A stretch of DNA of 64,000 bases from Octopus vulgaris (taxonomy: Eukaryota): contig OX597821.1 in assembly GCA_951406725.2 (NCBI GenBank), forward strand, positions 14,632,001 to 14,696,000, read 5' to 3'. The notes under the pieces are model-generated. The model was not told the DNA's origin, did no database searches, and saw only the letters and a program-made list of their open reading frames with translations. The translations under genes and the position numbers were made by a program. This document shows positions 1 through 12,629 of the stretch, in pieces (within the stretch, counting starts at the first letter, position 1; each line of letters opens with the position of its first letter).

Positions 1-920
1 AAGGCAGCTTGCGGGGAAGGTGAGGACGAGTCGATTACATCGACTCCAGTGTTCAACTGGTACTTATTTTATCGACCCTGAGAGGATGAAAGGCAAAGTC
101 GACCTCGGCGGAATTTGAACTTAGAATTGAGCAAGAAGAAATGCCGCTAAGCATTTTGTCCGACGCACCAATGATTCAATCCGCTCGTCCCCTTCATGTA
201 ATAATAACAGTGATCCTTTCTGCTAAAGACACAAGAATTTGGGGGAAGAGGACTAGTCGATTACACCGACTTCAGTGTTTCACTGGCACTTAATTTATCG
301 ACCCCCCAAAAGGATGAAAGGCAAAGTCGACCTCGGCGGAATTTGAACTCAGAACGTAGGGGCAAGCGAAATTTCTGGGTTTTTTTTATTACCCACAAGG
401 AGCTAAACACAGAGGGGACAAACAAGGACAGACAAACGGATCAAGTCGATTACATCGACCCCAGTGCGTAACTGGTACTTAATTTATCGACCCCGAAAGG
501 ATGAAAGGCAAAGTCGACCTCGGCGGAATTTGAACTCAGAACGTAACGGCAAACGAAATATCGCTAAGCATTTCGCCCGGCGTGCTAATGATTCTGCAAA
601 TTTTTGTCACAAGAGCAGCTTGGGAGGTGAGTCGATTACATCGACCTCAGTGGCAAAGTCGACCTCGGTGGAATATGAACTCAGAACGTAAAGATGGATT
701 ATATGCCGTTAAGATTTTTGCCCGGGGTGCTAACTATTCTGCAGGCTCGTCGTCTTAACAAAAATAATAATAATAATAATTCTTTCTACTACTGGTACAA
801 GGCCTCATGCTAATCGATATCACTAAACCCTAGTACTTGATTGGTACTTTATTTTATCAACCCTGAAAGGATGAAAGAAAAGTCGACCTCGGCGGAATTC
901 GATCTCTGTATGTAAAAGGC
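1..920 (-). mobile_element. Cluster of about 5 partial or diverged copies of tRNA-derived SINE family A (best copy 385-597)
   Basis: Repeated AGGATGAAAGGCAAAGTCGACCTCGGCGGAATTTGAACTCAGAAC, the reverse complement of the intact copy at 1336-1566. Confidence 0.85.
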
Positions 921-1335
921 TGGAAGAAAGGCTCACCGTTTTTTTCCCGCCAAATCTGTAACCCATGTGTGTAAGTTAGAAAATATTTTTATGTCCTTGC
1001 AGAATTTCGCTACATCCCTTTACGTTACGAGTTCAAATTCCACGAAGCCCGATAAAACCAAGTACCAACCAGTTTAATACCGATGTCGATTTAATTGCTT
1101 GAAAGATGTAGTAAAGTCGTGCGCTTAAATATGAATGAAGGTGGACCGGCGGGTGCGGTAGAACACCGGAGTAAAACACCCTACATCATTTAGTTGTCTT
1201 TACATTTCGAGTTAAAATTTCCTGTAGACAGTTTTGGATTTGCACTTCCTAGGGTCTGTAAAATTAACAGCTGGGGTCAATATAATTGATTATACCCACA
1301 CCTGTTTCAAATTTGCTCATGTTTAGGAATCAATA

Positions 1336-1566
1336 GGCGGCGAGCTGGCAGAAACGTTAGCACGCCGGGCGAAATGCGTAGCCGTATTTCGTCTGCCGTT
1401 ACGTTCTGAGTTCAAATTCCGCCGAGGTCGACTTTGCCTTTCATCCTTTCGGAGTTGATAAATTAAGTACCAGTTGCGCACTGGGGTCGATGCAATCGAC
1501 TCAATCCGTTTGTCTGTCCTTGTTTGTCCTCTCTGTGTTTAGCCCCTTGTGGGTAGTAAAGAAATA
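1336..1566 (+). mobile_element. Full-length SINE family A with about 20-bp target-site duplication
   Basis: tRNA-like head with B-box GAGTTCAAATTCC; flanked by GCTCATGT(T)TAGGAATCAATA at 1315-1335 and 1567-1586. Confidence 0.92.
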
Positions 1567-1972
1567 GCTCATGTTAGGAATCAATACTATCCTTGTATAT
1601 TTTACTTCAAACCCTGTTAAGGTCGGACTTTACTTTTCGCCCTTTTGGGGTTGATGAAATAAGAGCCAGTCAAGAACAGCTGTTGCTGATGATGATGATG
1701 TGGATTATATGTTTAGTTCCAGGTCAATCTTCACCAAACAGAGTTATGATCAAAAGCGTTCCAGTCGGGACTATCCAATCTTTTCCTTTTTATCATGTGT
1801 CCCTTTGCTTAAATCTGGGATACGATTTGAGGGAAATTTGGCTGCTATTCAATGGTTTGTCATGCTGATGACGGAGATTTAGTCACCCACATCTTCCATT
1901 CACTCACCCATTTCTAAGATTTGCACACCTTACATACGTATTTTACTACTACTACTAACACACACACACACA

Positions 1973-2147
1973 CAAGGTGGAAAAAAGAGTACTCAAATAC
2001 CAGTGGTAGAGTAATATGCTTTATTTAAAGCAGCAGAAAATTCAACAAAACCTGTTACTCTGAGTTTCATCAGACAGTTTTTGCTAGAAAAAACTAGCAA
2101 AAACTGTCTGATGAACGGCAACGAGAAACTCAGAGTAACAGATTTTG

Positions 2148-2149
<2 letters not shown>
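1973..2149. mobile_element. Fold-back PLE terminal-repeat remnant, family P1, abutting (TA)n
   Basis: Inverted arms around 2087-2093; homologous to 19633-19767 and 56265-56483; contains an HHR motif and AATAAA on the minus strand. Confidence 0.75.
2100..2146 (+). ncRNA. Minimal type I hammerhead ribozyme motif
   Basis: ctgt-CTGATGA(2108-2114)-acg gcaa cga-GAAA(2125-2128)-ctcagaGTA-acag; stem I CTGT/ACAG; near-palindromic stem III ACTC-A-GAGT. Confidence 0.75.
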
Positions 2150-2189
<40 letters not shown>

Positions 2190-2211
2190 ATTATTATTAT
2201 TATTATTATAT

Positions 2212-2383
2212 TTGTTTCAGTCATTTGATTGTGGCCATGCTGGAACACCACCTTTAGTCGAACAAATTGACCCCAGGACTTATTCTTTGTAAGCCTGGTA
2301 CTTCTATTAGTCTCATTTGCCGAACGTAGCGATGGTGGGCGGGGGGACAAACATAAACACATATATACACCCACCCCCACATA

Positions 2384-2427
<44 letters not shown>

Positions 2428-2529
2428 TACGATGGGCTTCTTTCAGTTTCCGTCTACCAAATCCACTCACAAGGCTTTGAACCCGGGACCATGTGGTTAA
2501 TGAGCAAGCTACTTTCCACACAGCCACTC

Positions 2530-2533
<4 letters not shown>
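2212..2533 (-). mobile_element. SINE family B, internally deleted
   Basis: Matches head and tail of the family B copies, with the internal TA microsatellite. Confidence 0.85.
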
Positions 2534-2592
<59 letters not shown>

Positions 2593-3729
2593 GGTGCAGG
2601 AGTGTAGGTATATATATATACACATACGTCTCGAATTATGGATGCATTGGGTATAGTGGGTTAGATCGATGCTGGTGCTGGAATACTGCTTATACTATTT
2701 TATACTATCACTCCTTTTCTGTAAGGAGAAAAGGAAAGAAAAAAAAAAACTCGACTTAGATTGGATTTGAACTTGGAACCTAAAGGAAAGTAACTAAATA
2801 TTGCATGGTACATAACCTCCCCCACCCCGACTATGCCCTACCTACTCTGCAACTTACCGCGTTCAGTTGGGTTTTATGATTTGTTACATCGGGTCGAATG
2901 TGTAAGGAGGGGAACTGCATAGTAGACTTTGCAGAAGACCCATATAGATAACTGGTATTTTTTTCATAGGTACCAGGGACATGAAAAACAAAGACGACCG
3001 CAGTGAGATTTGAACACATAATGTAGAAAGGCGAAATTAAATACTATTTCGCATTTAATCTATTACTTGACTGTTTTCACTGCCGATAGATAATACTAGT
3101 GTGTCCTTTATTTAATATTGCGCATTCTACCATATTTCGTCGCTATTTTCATGCTTGAAACCTAACAGTAATAATTAAAGAAATAATACCAATTTTTACG
3201 AGCCCATTCCTTCAGATACTGTGTTTAAGAAATTGATTGCATGTTGCATGTAGCAGTGCACGCTACCTAGGAACCTTTGAATCTCATTTATAGAAGACGT
3301 CCTCCGCCGTAGCAGCTGGTCTTTTATGAAAGAGCGAAATGGTGATGATTGTGTTTGTGGTGGTTTCGTGCTGGCATTATTGGTAGGTGTATGTCGTGGA
3401 AGTTCTACAGTTGGTGCTATAGGTGTTGTAGTTTGTGGCTGGTTGGTTGGTTGGTTGGTTGTTGCTATGATAATGTTGACAGTGTGGGATTGGCGATGGT
3501 GTCGATAGTCCAGATAGTAAAGACGGAGAAGCTGTCACCCAGCTTTAAACTCCACCATCTGGTCCTTGGCAGCATTTTATCGGAGTCCTCTACCTGTTTG
3601 CAAGCATTCGAATTACACACAGACACACACACACACACTTTCCACCTGACGATTACTTTCTTCTACCATCAGTGTCACGAACCCCTGATAAGGACCATAA
3701 GAGATAATTTTCCTGATTGAAATAAGCAA

Positions 3730-3948
3730 CACATACATACATACATACATACATACATACATACATACATACATACATACATACATCATACATACACATA
3801 CATACATACATACATATATCATACATACAACATACATACATCATACATACATACATCATACATACACACATACATACACACACACACATACATACATACA
3901 TACACACACACATACATACATACATACATACATACATACATACATACA
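3730..3948. repeat. (CATA)n compound microsatellite
   Basis: Direct inspection. Confidence 0.95.
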
Positions 3949-4456
3949 AGCATTATAAAATAATTTACTGTGTTGTTAAGCGGAATGTAACGGTTGTGAT
4001 TGTGATGTCGGTTGTGATTGTGATGTCAATTGGGCAATTATTACGGTTGGCAGTGGCATTGTCGTAGCTAGTATTAGTAATACTTCTCCATGATATTGTT
4101 AAGAATTACCATGTTCATAGTAGTGGTAGTGGTGGTAAGAAGCGATTGAGGGGCCTTGCATTTTATTTTCGGTTTTCTGTCTATCTCTCAAATAAGCTAG
4201 CTTACCAACAACTGCTACAGATAAACTGAGTTGTCGCCAGCATCTTACTCCTTCAAAAATGATGCCGAAACCACTACTAGCAGCAGCAGCAGCAGAAAAC
4301 GACATATACATATTTTACTCACAGGTTTAATTAGTTCCAAACATGTGAAAATCTAACACAGAGGCACGTGCACATACAGGAATGTATGTATGTATGTATG
4401 TATGTATTGCTTATGCCGATCATGTATGTATGTGTTATTTATAGGTACATATTTAG

Positions 4457-4498
<42 letters not shown>

Positions 4499-4500
<2 letters not shown>

Positions 4501-4855
4501 CGCAGGAGTGGTTGTGTGGTAAGTAGCTTGTCTACCAACCACATGGTTCCGGGTTCAGTCCCACTGCGTGGTACCTTGGGCAAGTGTCTTCCACTATAGC
4601 CTCGGGCCGACCAAAGCCTTGTGAGTGGATTTGGTAGAAGGAAACTGAAACAAGCCTGTCGTATATATATGTATATGTGTGTGTTTGTGTGTCTGTGTTT
4701 GTCCCCTAGCATTGCTTGACAACCGATGCTGGTGTGTTTATGTCCCCGTTACTTCGGCAAAAGAGACCGATAGAATAAGTACTGGGCTTACAAAAAGAAT
4801 AAGTCCCGGTGCTCCAGCATGGCCGCAGTCAAATGACTGAAACAAGTAAAAGAGT
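4499..4855 (+). mobile_element. SINE family B (tRNA head, CORE-like CCTTGGGCAAGTG, internal microsatellite, AAAAGAGT tail)
   Basis: GCGCAGGAGTGGTTGTGTGGTAAG...GGGTTCAGTCCC...AATGACTGAAACAAGTAAAAGAG. Confidence 0.9.
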
Positions 4856-5479
4856 ATATATATGGCATGAAAATGAGCTGCTGCAAAATAATACGAACAA
4901 AGGTGTACTAAATACCATAGAATTTAAATACTTGATTTATTGAAATTATACCTGTTTCCAGAGAGGGCAGAACGATCGTTTGGAGACCAACTCCGAATGG
5001 GGAGGGATAATCACATGAACCAAGACCTGTGCGAAATTGATGCCATTAAGAAGTGTCGTCAGCACAACTGTATATATTATTATGCTAGTGTATACTTTAT
5101 AAATGAAAAGAGCTCACTGCACCGATGCATCCGGCCGTGTCAACAGCATTGAAATAAGAGTTGTTTGGAAACAAACAAACAAAAGTAACCACAATTTTTA
5201 CACACACACACGTGTGTGTGTGTGTACGCAATTAGCCCTATCGATACTCTATCTGACTTTGGTATGAGGCGGCAAATTGAGAGGAGTTCGAGTATGTTTA
5301 AAATCGGAGTATACCGATGAATGATGTGGAGTCTCTCAGTGTGACAGAAGTCGCAGTCTTTGGATCCCTTTCTGCGTGCTGGTACTTTGTGTATCCTGCA
5401 CACACCAACAAAACAAACCTGCTCTCACCTTGGAGCCAGCCAAAATCTCATTGAAGCATACACTCCTCTGCAACTTCCA

Positions 5480-5945
5480 AGTTCTTCACTTTAATCCCTT
5501 TTACCATCCCAGTCTTCCTGCACCGAACGCTCCATTTTAAAAGAGACGAAGCATCCTCTACCTTTCAATTTAAAACTCCCTTGTCGCCAACTACGCCAAA
5601 CCAAGTACTTTCAAGTGCGCTTGCCCCATTTGCTGTAGGGGTTCTTACATCAGTAACGCTACAGAAATCACCAATTGCATACTCGCCAATATTATATGCA
5701 ACACACTCGGAAACTTTGGATGAAACAAGCGGTCACCTAAGTGATTTTCGTGAGCGTTTTTACAGTATTCGCTGTTTGGTTCCAAGTTCGCATAGGGTCC
5801 ACAATTTCAACACATCTAGCCACTTCATCAACCACCTAGCTCTGGAATTTGTGCACACTACGGGCATCCTGTTCCGAGAAGCACAAAAAGACAGTTTTTG
5901 CCCTTTAGAGCATAAAATTTGAATGACTGTTTCTTTCCATCTCAA
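5480..5945 (+). pseudogene. Decayed PLE ORF C-terminus: Cys-rich linker plus GIY-YIG endonuclease
   Basis: Translates across frameshifts to TFKCACPICCRGSYI and ETSGHLSDFRERFYSIR...VHNFNTSSH, resembling the PLE pattern GETxRxLxxRFREH...HFN...H. Confidence 0.55.
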
Positions 5946-6106
5946 CTTTCTGTAGGTAAAAGAATTCTTGGCTCTCTTGCATAAGCATTTCCCAGTCAAC
6001 GATAACGATCAACAGCTTTTCCTTGAAAATCAGCAACATGAAGATCCTAATCTCAAGTAATCTTATTAAACAAGACAATTGCTCATACAGAAATGCTGAC
6101 ACTTGT

Positions 6107-6162
6107 CTCTCTGATCAGGCATGCGGCTTAAAGTCAATTGTGTGCGAAGAAGAGATCTCTCA
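6107..6162 (+). ncRNA. Degenerate, probably dead hammerhead remnant downstream of the GIY-YIG remnant
   Basis: CTGATCA-g-GCATGCGG...TTGTGTGC-GAAG-a-a-GAGATCTC; stem II pairs with wobbles, the core is mutated, stem III is palindromic. Confidence 0.3.
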
Positions 6163-8770
6163 ACTATGTCAAATCAGATAATCGAAAAGGGCAATAAAAT
6201 AAGCATAGCTGAAGGGAAATTCAAACTATATCTGTGGAGGCATGTGACAGTATGGAGGTGAACTGTGCCAAAACTCAAGATTATGCTAATCCAGTGAACA
6301 AATCATGTGGCAGTATGAACAAGGATTGTGTTAAAGATTCGAGGCTGTCAGAATAGCTAAAATTAAAGAAATATATTGTTTACTTGTGTGCGAGTCACAG
6401 TATATAATGCGCACGCGTGATTGTATGTTTGTGAAAGAGTGAGCAACAGTAATGTCTTGTCAATTTAATATCATAGTTGATAGTAAATGTATTTTCTAAT
6501 TTGGTATTATAAATTATTTGGTCGCAGTTTGAAGTTTTTAATATCTATATTTTCTTTATTTGTTCATATTAAATTTGTAATTTTGTTAACCAATTTTTGT
6601 TAATCGAAAGACTTAAAATTTTGGGAATTTGTTTATTTGTACGTAAGTAGCTGTTTACTTAGTGGAATCTGTCTCGTACTGGTATCTAGTATTTGTTGAC
6701 GATGAATAGTCGATCTTTTCCTCAAGGTAAGTTCGTTCGTTATTTGTAAATCTTATTTACATTTATTACTTTTAATAGCATAAAATTAACTTTTTTGACA
6801 AACAGTGAAATAATTCCTTAAAGTAAAATCTTAATTTAAATTTATAATTGTTTTCAATAAAGTTGATGTGTCACAGTTAAGTTGACCACAACGTATTGAG
6901 GGCTGTTGTCCATACCTGTGGCTGGAGCAAGGTCCCAGCCAGAGGGAAGATGATATGGTGTTGAAAGAGAGTTGTAAAAGAATAAAAGCTGAGAGATAGA
7001 CACAGAGTAATACCAAGTGTCTCGAAGAGAAGCTAGGCATCTAATCACTTAGCAAGGGTAAAAGAGAAAAAAAATCTAGAGATTCACACATATTTGGTGA
7101 CATGAGAATCAAAGGCCTGGAGTTGTCTGAACTGGATGAGTGTGGTAGGGGAAATTGTATCGAGACGTCGTTGACGAGAAGTATATTCTGGATGGAAGCA
7201 GTTCACTTGCTCTTACTGTATCAGAAGCTCGTGACTTCGAGAATCACGAGACGAGGTCACGCCGTTTAGACAATATTTGTCACGCATCAGAATTATTACC
7301 ACCTCTAAAAACAAAAAAAAAGTGCTCTCTCAGACTGTCTCATCTGTTCAGTGACTGGTTCGCCTGACAGCGTTTGCTCGGTATGTCTGAAAAACTTAGT
7401 TACTTATTTACAAACTCTGAAATCGAATCCGGCCGAGGTTAAATCCATCGCTCTTTTGGGTTTAATAAAAACAGTGTTAATCCATAGCAGTGGATTGCTG
7501 GAATTATAAGCATCAGACCGAATACATCGCGGTATTAGTTCTGGCTCTGCTTTCTGAGTTAAAAGCCTACTATGATCAACTTGGGTATCAGACTTAATTC
7601 GTCGCATAGTTTAACACCACCAATTTGAAATTTGGGTGCTTTTAGCAGAGTTTATTTAGTTGCAAACATTCAGATCAGGTCTCAGATTTGAGCATACCTC
7701 CTTCTCCCACTTTCATCAATGCCTTGGAGAACGATAAAAGGAAGATCTCAAGCAAGATACAAAAGATCTAAAAACGACAACAACATCTCAGGATCTCGGA
7801 ACATTTTTACAAGCCACCCCACTCAGTGCAGTGTTGCAAGACACTAACATGTGAAAGAAGCATAGATATACAAATCTTAATGTAAAACACGGACGCTTTT
7901 AACCATCGGTCCCGACTGAAGATCACTTCATTAGGAAACTGATATGTCTTGTTTCCCCGGAAAGTTACAATGTTTGGCTTCTCGATTTGCCAGGCTATCG
8001 ATGTGATAAAAGAAAACGCAATCAACACTTCTGACGATCGATTTTAAATTCGGAACTGCTCATACGTTAATAACATACGCAGTAATAAGGCACAGTCTAC
8101 CCTTATTTCTATGTACAGCCTTGTAAAAGACTGGAATGATTTCAGTCAGTACGCCGGTGCGAAGCCTTGGACAGCCAAAGAAAGACCTGTAAATATCTCA
8201 CAACACCCAGAAGTTTAAAAGAATCCGGCTTTCTTATGAAGCTTAAAACCAGTCTTATTCCACGTTTGTAAAATTTCTATCCTTAATCATTCATTTGTCA
8301 TTTGGATTAAAATTCATTTCCTATTTATTCATTAATCCGTCTGTATGTCTTCCTCTCAATCAATCAATTAATTAATCAACCAGTCATCTCAGTAACCCCA
8401 CTTATCAACCAGGTTAAATATTAAAACCCCAAGAAGCAAACACAATACCTATTGATTGTGAAATTATTCTGATATTTTGTGATGTCTTGTTTGTTAAGTC
8501 AATTATAAACCACATTTAACAGCACTGAAACCATACTCGCAATTTAAACTTGTTCCTTATAATACACTAACGCATCATACATACATGCATATCTGTGTGT
8601 ATGTGTGCCTAATGCATACATGTACATACACGCACACACAAATTAGGCACGGTATGGTCGAATAATTAAGAAGTTCGACTCCCATCGGTGGCATCATGGA
8701 CAAACGTCATTTTCTATAGCCCCGATTCGATCTTAACATAAATGGTATTGGATGGACGGTACCAATAATC

Positions 8771-10196
8771 CATGTTTGTGGAATGCTCACTCGCTTGCAC
8801 GTGTTTGTGGAATGCTCACTCGCTTGCACGTGTTTGTGGAATGCTCACTCACTTGCACGTGTTTGTGGAATGCTCACTCACTTGCACGTGTTTGTGGAAT
8901 GCTCACTCACTTGCACGTGTTTGTGGAATGCTCACTCACTTGCACGTGTTTGTGGAATGCTCACTCACTTGCACGTGTTTGTGGAATGCTCACTCGCTTG
9001 CACGTGGGTGTGGAATGCTCACTCGCTTGCACGTGTTTGTGGAATGCTCACTCGCTTGCACGTGTTTGTGGAATGCTCACTCGCTTGCACGTGTTTGTGG
9101 AATGCTCACTCGCTTGCACGTGTTTGTGGAATGCTGACTCACTTGCACGTGTTTGTGGAATGCTCACTCACTTGCACGTGTTTGTGGAATGGTCACTCGC
9201 TTGCACGTGTTTGTGGAATGCTCACTCGCTTGCACGTGTTTGTGGAATGCTCACTCACTTGCACGTGTTTGTGGAATGCTCACTCACTTGCACGTGTTTG
9301 TGGAATGCTCACTCACTTGCACGTGTTTATGGAATGCTCACTCACTTGCACGTGTTTGTGGAATGCTCACTCGCTTGCACGTGTTTGTGGAATGCTCACT
9401 CACTTGCACGTGTTTGTGGAATGCTCACTCACTTGCACGTGTTTGTGGAATGCTCACTCACTTGCACGTGTTTGTGGAATGCTCACTCACTTGCACGTGT
9501 TTGTGGAATGCTCACTCGCTTGCACGTGTTTGTGGAATGCTCACTCACTTGCACGTGTTTGTAGAATGCTCACTCGCTTGCACGTGTTTGTGGAATGCTC
9601 ACTCACTTGCACGTGTTTGTGGAATGCTCACTCACTTGCACGTGTTTGTGGAATGCTCACTCGCTTGCACGTGTTTGTGGAATGCTCACTCACTTGCACG
9701 TGTTTGTGGAATGCTCACTCACTTGCACGTGTTTGTGGAATGCTCACTCGCTTGCACGTGTTTGTGGGATGCTCACTCACTTGCACGTGTTTGTGGAATG
9801 CTCACTCACTTGCACGTGTTTGTGGAATGCTCACTCACTTGCACGTGTTTGTGGGATGCTCACTCACTTGCACGTGTTTGTGGAATGCTCACTCACTTGC
9901 ACGTGTTTGTGGGATGCTCACTCACTTGCACGTGTTTGTGGAATGCTCACTCACTTGCACGTGTTTGTAGAATGCTCACTCGCTTGCACGTGTTTGTGGA
10001 ATGCTCACTCACTTGCACGTGTTTGTAGAATGCTCACTCGCTTGCACGTGTTTGTGGAATGCTCACTCACTTGCACGTGTTTGTGGAATGCTCACTCACT
10101 TGCACGTGTTTGTGGAATGCTCACTCACTTGCACGTGTTTGTGGAATGCTCACTCGCTTGCACGTGTTTGTGGAATGCTCACTCACTTGCACGTTC
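8771..10196. repeat. 29-bp minisatellite, about 49 copies, unit CACGTGTTTGTGGAATGCTCACTC(A/G)CTTG
   Basis: Uninterrupted head-to-tail units with few variants and no spacers. Confidence 0.97.
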
Positions 10197-10295
10197 ATTC
10201 AGAAGCTGGTAATTCAGTTCATCGAACTGTTTCTTCATCCCCAAACGACGGCAGACTATCCCCCCCCCTTCAGAACACACACACCACGCGGACAT

Positions 10296-10685
10296 ACTCT
10301 TTTACTCTTTACTCTTTTACTTGTTTCAGTCATTTGACTGCGGCCATGCTGGAGTACCGCCTTTAGTCGAGCAACTCGACCCCGGGACTTATTCTTTTGT
10401 AAGCCCAGTACTTATTCTATCGGTCTCTTTTTGCCGAACCGCTAAGTGACGGGGACATAAACACACCAGCATCGGTTGTCAAGCGATGTTGGGGGGGACA
10501 AACACAGACATACAAACATACACGCATATATATATCGCAACCTGGTGGTTACCGCCCGTTGACAAGGGACAAAATTCCCGAAACTAGTTATACCCTCCTT
10601 CTTCCCTTCTTTCCTGAGCGCCCAATAATACTTTATTTGTTCCACATCCTCGCGTTGTTGTCTTTTTGTTTTCTCGTTTGGATTA

Positions 10686-10726
<41 letters not shown>

Positions 10727-10885
10727 GACGGGCTTCTTTCAGTTTCCGTCTACCAAATCCACTCACAAGTCTTTGGTCGGCCCGAGGCTATAGTAGAAGA
10801 CACTTGGCCAAGGTGCCACGCAGTGGGACTGAACCCGGAACCACGTGGCTGGTAAAAAAGCTACTTACCACACAGTCACTCCTAT
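10296..10885 (-). mobile_element. SINE family B interrupted in its TA tract by a 155-bp insert
   Basis: Tail 10296-10535 and head about 10725-10885 match family B. Confidence 0.9.
10536..10690 (+). mobile_element. PLE-like terminus, family P2, inserted in (TA)n
   Basis: Tail TCCTTCTTCCCTTCTTTCCTGAGCG.CCAATAATACTTTATTTGTTCCAC is shared with 48775-48875; GGGA..TCCC-GAAA-CTAGTT half-HHR. Confidence 0.6.
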
Positions 10886-11314
10886 GCATGGACGTTATTT
10901 CTTTCTGTGTGTTGTGTGCAGGTTTAATTCTAGTCATGTCACTGATATTCTGAACATAATCAGCCCAATTAACCAATCCCAATTGGTAATCGAGGCATTA
11001 TCATTGACCCTATCGGCTGCAATCAGAAATTTTCGCTGCAACAGTATCTCAAGCGATAATACAAATAAGGACATTATTGATGTACGTGTATTTTATCTGT
11101 TGTTGTTGTTATTGATATGTTTAAGTTTAAAGGAAAAAATCAAGTTTCTTAAAGGTGTTTTTTTTACCGGTACTTGTAAAGGGCTGTGTAGAAATGGAAA
11201 CATAGGAGAAGACACGTCGAATGGATAGTTTTTGAAGTGGTCACAGGATGTGTGGCGGGAGATTTCAGACAAAGGACACTAAAGTAAGAATAATAATAAA
11301 GCTGAAGTGAAGAC

Positions 11315-11391
<77 letters not shown>

Positions 11392-11392
<1 letters not shown>

Positions 11393-11746
11393 GGCGCAGG
11401 AGTGGCTGTGTGGTAAGTAGCTTGATTACCAACCACATGGTTCCGGGTTCAGTCCAAAGCCTTGTGAGTGGATTTGGTAGACGGAAACTGAAAGAAGCCT
11501 GTCGTATATATGTATATATATATATGCGTGTGTGTTTGTGTGTCCGTGTTTGTCCCCCTAGCATTGCTTGACAACCGATGCTGGTGTGTTTACGTCCCCG
11601 TCACTTAGCGGTTCGGCAAAAGAGACCGATAGAACAAGTACTGGGCTTACAGAAAGAATAAGTCCCGGGGTCGAGTTGCTCGACTAAAGGTGGTGCTACA
11701 GCATGGCCGCTGTCAAATGACTGAAACAAGTAAAAGAGTAAAAGAG
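11392..11746 (+). mobile_element. SINE family B with CORE segment deleted
   Basis: Family B head and tail. Confidence 0.9.
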
Positions 11747-12629
11747 TGTGTGGTTAATTAGTAAAAATATGACCATCCTCAAATTCAAAAATCAGAAGTA
11801 GTTAATGATCAGCAGTGATAGATAGATAGACTGGTAGGTAGGTGGGTAGGTAGGCACAAGGCAAGCAGATGAATAGGTTTTTTTTTAAATCTAAAAGTTG
11901 TTGATTAAGTTAGGTCAGACGTTTCTAATTAAGTAGAACTAGCATCAAAGGTATTCAACCTGTATTTTTAAGAAATATATCGAGAACGATATCATCGAAT
12001 AATTGTGGTGATTTGAAGGAAATTTAGCTGCTATTGCATGCAGTTTCATTAACCATATAGGAGTTTGGTCGTTGACTTGAACAGACATAGGTTGCAAAAA
12101 GAATTTAAAAAAATTCTGACGAAATAGAATCGAATAGAATAGAAATAGTTGGGAGGGGAACTACACACATTTATGGCAGCGGTAATCAACAGTTATAGCA
12201 GTAGTAAAAATGGACGGTGGTGATAATGTTTCTACTACGACTACTAGAAAGCGTCGATAACAGCAGTAGATTTAGGGTGTCTAATAAATATAGAAACAAA
12301 TAACTGTTGTATAACGGAATGTAGTAGTAATAGTAGTAGTAGTATAGCTAAAGGTGGGTTCTGGGTCGTTATGACAGCTGTACTGTAGTGTCTGATTCAG
12401 AAGGCGAACCAGAAACAAACTGGCAGACAGTTAAAAGAGAGAGAAAAAAAAAGCAAATCAAAGTTGAAAATAAAGGAATAAACAAAGTTTAAAAAAAAAG
12501 TATCCAGATCAATAAATAAAAGATCAATAATTTTACTATGGAATAATTAGGTAATTTTCCTTTGAATTTACTTTATACTAATAATAAACGCAAATTTCAT
12601 TTATGCATATACGCACATACATATATCTC

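Noticed and set aside
464-691. Recurrent short ORFs such as MRNWYLIYRPRK and MLGGQTQTH
   Set aside because: Translations of SINE copies repeated through the window
1864-1900. Isolated CTGAnGA words (also near 8032, 17368, 21946, 22367, 27959)
   Set aside because: No paired stems with a matching GAAA and UH; expected by chance
8771-10196. CRISPR-like array (29-bp repeat)
   Set aside because: No spacers, no cas genes, eukaryotic context, and the unit derives from a SINE
8752-10366. Long Cys/His-rich ORFs (up to 395 aa)
   Set aside because: All three frames give the same peptide because the 29-bp unit lacks stops; a minisatellite artefact
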